NCBI GenBank assembly: GCA_010015805.1
Contig: ML978125.1
Span: 2,294,001 to 2,358,000, forward strand
Direction of reading: 5' to 3'
DNA from: Rhizodiscina lignyota
Taxonomy: Eukaryota
DNA: 64,000 bases
Shown here: positions 60,777 to 64,000 of the stretch, piece by piece
Layout of the letters: every line of letters starts with the position of its first letter
Position numbering within the stretch: position 1 is the first letter of the stretch
Notes under the pieces: model-generated
The model's database searches: none
What the model saw: the letters and a program-made list of their open reading frames with translations, nothing else
Told to the model about the DNA's origin: nothing
Made by a program: the position numbers and the translations under genes

Positions 60777-62829
60777 TCCGAGTTTGTGGATGTCAGAGCG
60801 CGGGGAGTTATCGAGAGGTTCGATGAAAGAAGAGGGTGGTAGTCTTGAGCGCGGTACTCGAAGGGTGAGTCGAGCGCCTTATAAAGAGATCAAACAGCGC
60901 AGGCAAGGTGTCGATGAGAGGAAAATGCGGTGTTGTAGCGAGGAGCTTCGGTAGGTAGATGACGATGGTGGGTAGGTGGAGCAGTCCTTGAGGCGATCAA
61001 ATGTTAGCGGGGCTGACCGAGCGGAGGAGGGTTCAGCCTGCTCCCGGCGCGCTGCTGGCACTGCACTCACTGTGACCTCGCAAACTGCGCCCTCTGGGCG
61101 ACGCGTGACACAAGACGGAGCGACGCTGGTGAAGGACGCGCAGAACAGCGGTTGAGAAGGAGTGAAGGTTGATGCCAGAGGAGAAGAGCGCGGTGAGGGT
61201 GGAAATTGCGACTGGCGGACTCGCTTGCTCGCCGACGTGGCCGGTCGCGCGCTTGTCCGCGCACTTGGGCCGCAGTATTGGACAGCACTGGCTCTCCAGC
61301 CTCTGCAAATCCTATCCAAAATCATCCAATTCAATTGTTGTCGAACAGTCGAGCTTCAAGCCATCCTTCTGCGCATCTGGTCTAGACAGGTGCGGAAGCT
61401 ACCTCGCTATAAGTATTTGCTCCATCTCTGTCATACACGCGCCTGTTCTTGCGATTGCAACGCGTATCCACCATGCATAGCCTTACCCGGCGCAAAACAA
61501 AGCATCGCGATCATAGGAGAGAACATACGTTCAAGCCACACTTCCCTTCTCAATCAGAGTCAGGCTTCACGCCAACTCGACGCCAAAACGGACATCCCGT
61601 GGCTGAAATGGCCATATTGGGCTCGCTTGGCTCCACAAGGATGTCAAGCCGCATGCGAGAGCGCGGAGAAGCAAAATTTTCACTCGCTGCTTTCCGTCAC
61701 TCTGCGGCGTTGCCCGTCTCCACCGTGCCACCATTGGGCCAGCAAGCGATATCGAGAGATGGTGTGCGTTCGGCCAGCGCAGCAGGGTGTGGCTGAGGCT
61801 GTGCAACTCTGAAACCTTTCAGCGTCTCCGTGGGAGAGATCTCACTATCGACATCTTGCATCATCTGAATTTTGCTCTCCACCATTGATTATCGCGACCA
61901 CCTTCCGCTTTTCGACAATTGTATAGACCTCCCACGTCTCACTCGGCCGTGGCAGTGTGCTTCCCCATATCTCTTACGAGAAACCCCTTTTCACGGCCAA
62001 TAGCCTGCACGCTGACCTTCCCCTCTTCAGCACGACCAGGGTCTTCATCCAGCTGTAGCACTTCGTGTCCTGTATAGGGCTGCTGAATCGATGCAACGCC
62101 CGTCCCAAAGAGTCAAGTACAGCCCGAGGCCATGTCTCCGGAGCTTCCTCGACACGTGCAGCTATACAATTTCCACCAATGTGCTCATCCATATTTTCGA
62201 ACGGGCCTCCATGCTGTCCTGCTGCTCAATGAACAACCACGACACGGACAACTGCCGCCCTTTCAGCAGGGCTTCAAACATCGCTTTTCATGTTATCTCT
62301 CGTTTACTGATGCTTAGAGAGCTTTGAAAGACGCCGAAATATGGAATTTCGCGCAAAATGTCAGCCCATATGCTCTCTGCAAAAATTTTCCCATCGCCTG
62401 ATGAGGAGATTCAGCCTCCTTTCGACTCTGCATAGACGAATCCACAACCACGCATTCACACCAATAGGAAATATTCACCCTCTACGGTCTCAGCAGAAGC
62501 GTTAAGAGCAGGGACTTTTGCATGGAGAAAAGGAATTTGAAGCTACAGCTCGATACTGCTGCGGACCATTGGCGCCAACGAGTAAACGAGCATCAGCCAG
62601 GTTTACGGTGGATAAGCCCCAAGTCCATTGCTACACCTGCATAGCACCACTTAAAAAAGCAAGCCTTGCCGGCTTTTGAATATGGATATTGGAAGGCACT
62701 GCATTTTCTATGTGGTCGTTATTGCTTGCAAGTTTTACTATTTCTGGAAACACCTGAGCTTGCAGCAGCACTCTCAGTACCGAAACCGAACGTCCGTATC
62801 CCAAAAGGATTGTCTGCAGCAGAAGCTCT

Positions 62830-63954
62830 TCAAGGCGTGATCACCGCTCGTTCACCGCTTGCCTGCCCTTCAGCAGCAGAGTCAAAGGCCTTCTCCCATT
62901 CTTCGAGTTTGAACTTTCCTGACACTCTACCCCCGCTTCCTCCAGTCAACTTCAGCACTCCAATTTCAGCCATGCCGATCAGCGTCTTGATATCGTCCCG
63001 CGTGTACATGAACATCCCATGCAACTTAATGCTCCTATGCATGATGGCACCAATTGGTATCGCTACGTCCTCCTGCTGACCCCCCATTAACGAAACATAG
63101 CCACCTGGACGGAGCGCTAGAATACAGCTCTTCAAGTGTGTGGACCTGGACGCTTGTGGCGGTGAGATGTCGAAGAAGGCATCAATTTTGCCGAACTTCT
63201 GAAGCTCTTCGAGGTCAGTCTGCATGTCTCCAGTCATTTGAACGACCTCCGTTCGCTCGTTGCCGGCAGCAATGCGCTGTAGAGCGTTCTTGTTACGCCC
63301 CATGGCAATGACGCGGGCGCCCATAGCGACAGCCATGCGGACGGCCGCGCCGCCGAAGTTGCCAGTGGCAGGCGCAACGATGATGGTTTGTCCAGCCTTC
63401 AACCTAATGTCACTTAGGCCGCCAAATGGAACAGCAAGTGTTGAGATATAAGACAGGTCTTCTAGAGTATACCCCAATCCACCGTCCGCTGGACTTCCAA
63501 GGAATCGCTGCTCATTGAAGGGATGAAGTTGCTCCAAAGGACACTTCGCGTACTCGGCATACGTAGAATTTCTCCATTCGCCGCGCATGAGAGTACGGCT
63601 CGCCTCTGTCATGCCTTCGTGCAGCCCGGACAAGATGGAGGCGGACGGCTCATCGCGCGCCTGGATGAACGAGTCCACGAGAACAAGCTGTCCGGGCTTG
63701 AGGGAAGTCGTATCTGGCCCGATAGCAGCAATCCTTCCAACCGCGCTTGACCCAATAGTCAAGGGCTTTTGGAGGGGATATGGGCGCTGGCCGCTGAAGA
63801 CTTCTTTAGCGTATGAAAGGACATTTGCGGCGAGAATTCGGACGATCGCGCTGCCTGGGCCTGGCTTTGGTGTTGGCTGCTTGTCAACTTTCGGTGGATA
63901 GATGTCGAGGACGAGCGCTTTGTGCCATGCCGGGAGCTCAGATGTAGACGCCAT
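62830..63954 (-). CDS. Medium-chain dehydrogenase/reductase (GroES-like + Rossmann; alcohol dehydrogenase-like), intronless
   Basis: PGPGSAIVRILAA, IGSSAVGRIAAIGPD..LKPGQLV, TIIVAPATGNFGGAAV, VIAMGRN, VSLMGG. Confidence 0.9.
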   Translation of the reverse strand: MASTSELPAWHKALVLDIYPPKVDKQPTPKPGPGSAIVRILAANVLSYAKEVFSGQRPYPLQKPLTIGSSAVGRIAAIGPDTTSLKPGQLVLVDSFIQARDEPSASILSGLHEGMTEASRTLMRGEWRNSTYAEYAKCPLEQLHPFNEQRFLGSPADGGLGYTLEDLSYISTLAVPFGGLSDIRLKAGQTIIVAPATGNFGGAAVRMAVAMGARVIAMGRNKNALQRIAAGNERTEVVQMTGDMQTDLEELQKFGKIDAFFDISPPQASRSTHLKSCILALRPGGYVSLMGGQQEDVAIPIGAIMHRSIKLHGMFMYTRDDIKTLIGMAEIGVLKLTGGSGGRVSGKFKLEEWEKAFDSAAEGQASGERAVITP

Positions 63955-64000
63955 TATTGATCAACTACAATAGTGCGAATGAAATTGAATATTGGTTTCG

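Noticed and set aside
62190..62290. Minus-strand MFEALLKGRQLSVSWLFIEQQDSMEARSK resembles an ankyrin repeat
   Set aside because: Too degenerate; there is no TPLH motif or second copy.
1..64000. tRNA, rRNA, CRISPR arrays, intact transposons
   Set aside because: I recognised no cloverleaf, rDNA, regularly spaced repeat array, transposase or reverse transcriptase motifs by eye.

Overview
This is gene-dense DNA from a filamentous ascomycete (Pezizomycotina-type): introns are short (~50-60 nt), GT..AG, with CTAAC/CTGAC branch sites. I found no bacterial-type features, rRNA, tRNA or CRISPR arrays. About 30 loci are supported. Conserved housekeeping genes include an AVT3/4-type transporter, CGR1, ORT1, PXMP4, SIN3, TVP23, the complex I 49-kDa subunit, a Pcp1/pericentrin-like spindle pole body protein and the metacaspase MCA1. 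These are mixed with accessory catabolic or secreted enzymes: D-amino acid oxidase, amidohydrolase, Baeyer-Villiger monooxygenase, GFA, GST-like, SDR, two type-B carboxylesterases, an FAD oxidase, an S28 peptidase and an MDR. The most unusual locus is invisible in the ORF track. It is a minus-strand multi-exon gene (~33900-34810) encoding a repeat-core peptide precursor with Kex2-like cleavage sites and C-x8-C 'PPVC' cores. Each repeat carries an intron at exactly the same position, and the gene lies next to a secreted S28 peptidase. Other observations: a CAP64-like SGNH gene with two frameshifts, a lipase knocked out by a microhomology-flanked deletion, a class II aldolase relic, a decayed ~219-bp (73-codon) tandem repeat, a 19-bp perfect inverted repeat, and hairpins in unusually long introns of MCA1 and SIN3. 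All family calls come from motif recognition by eye; no database searches were run.
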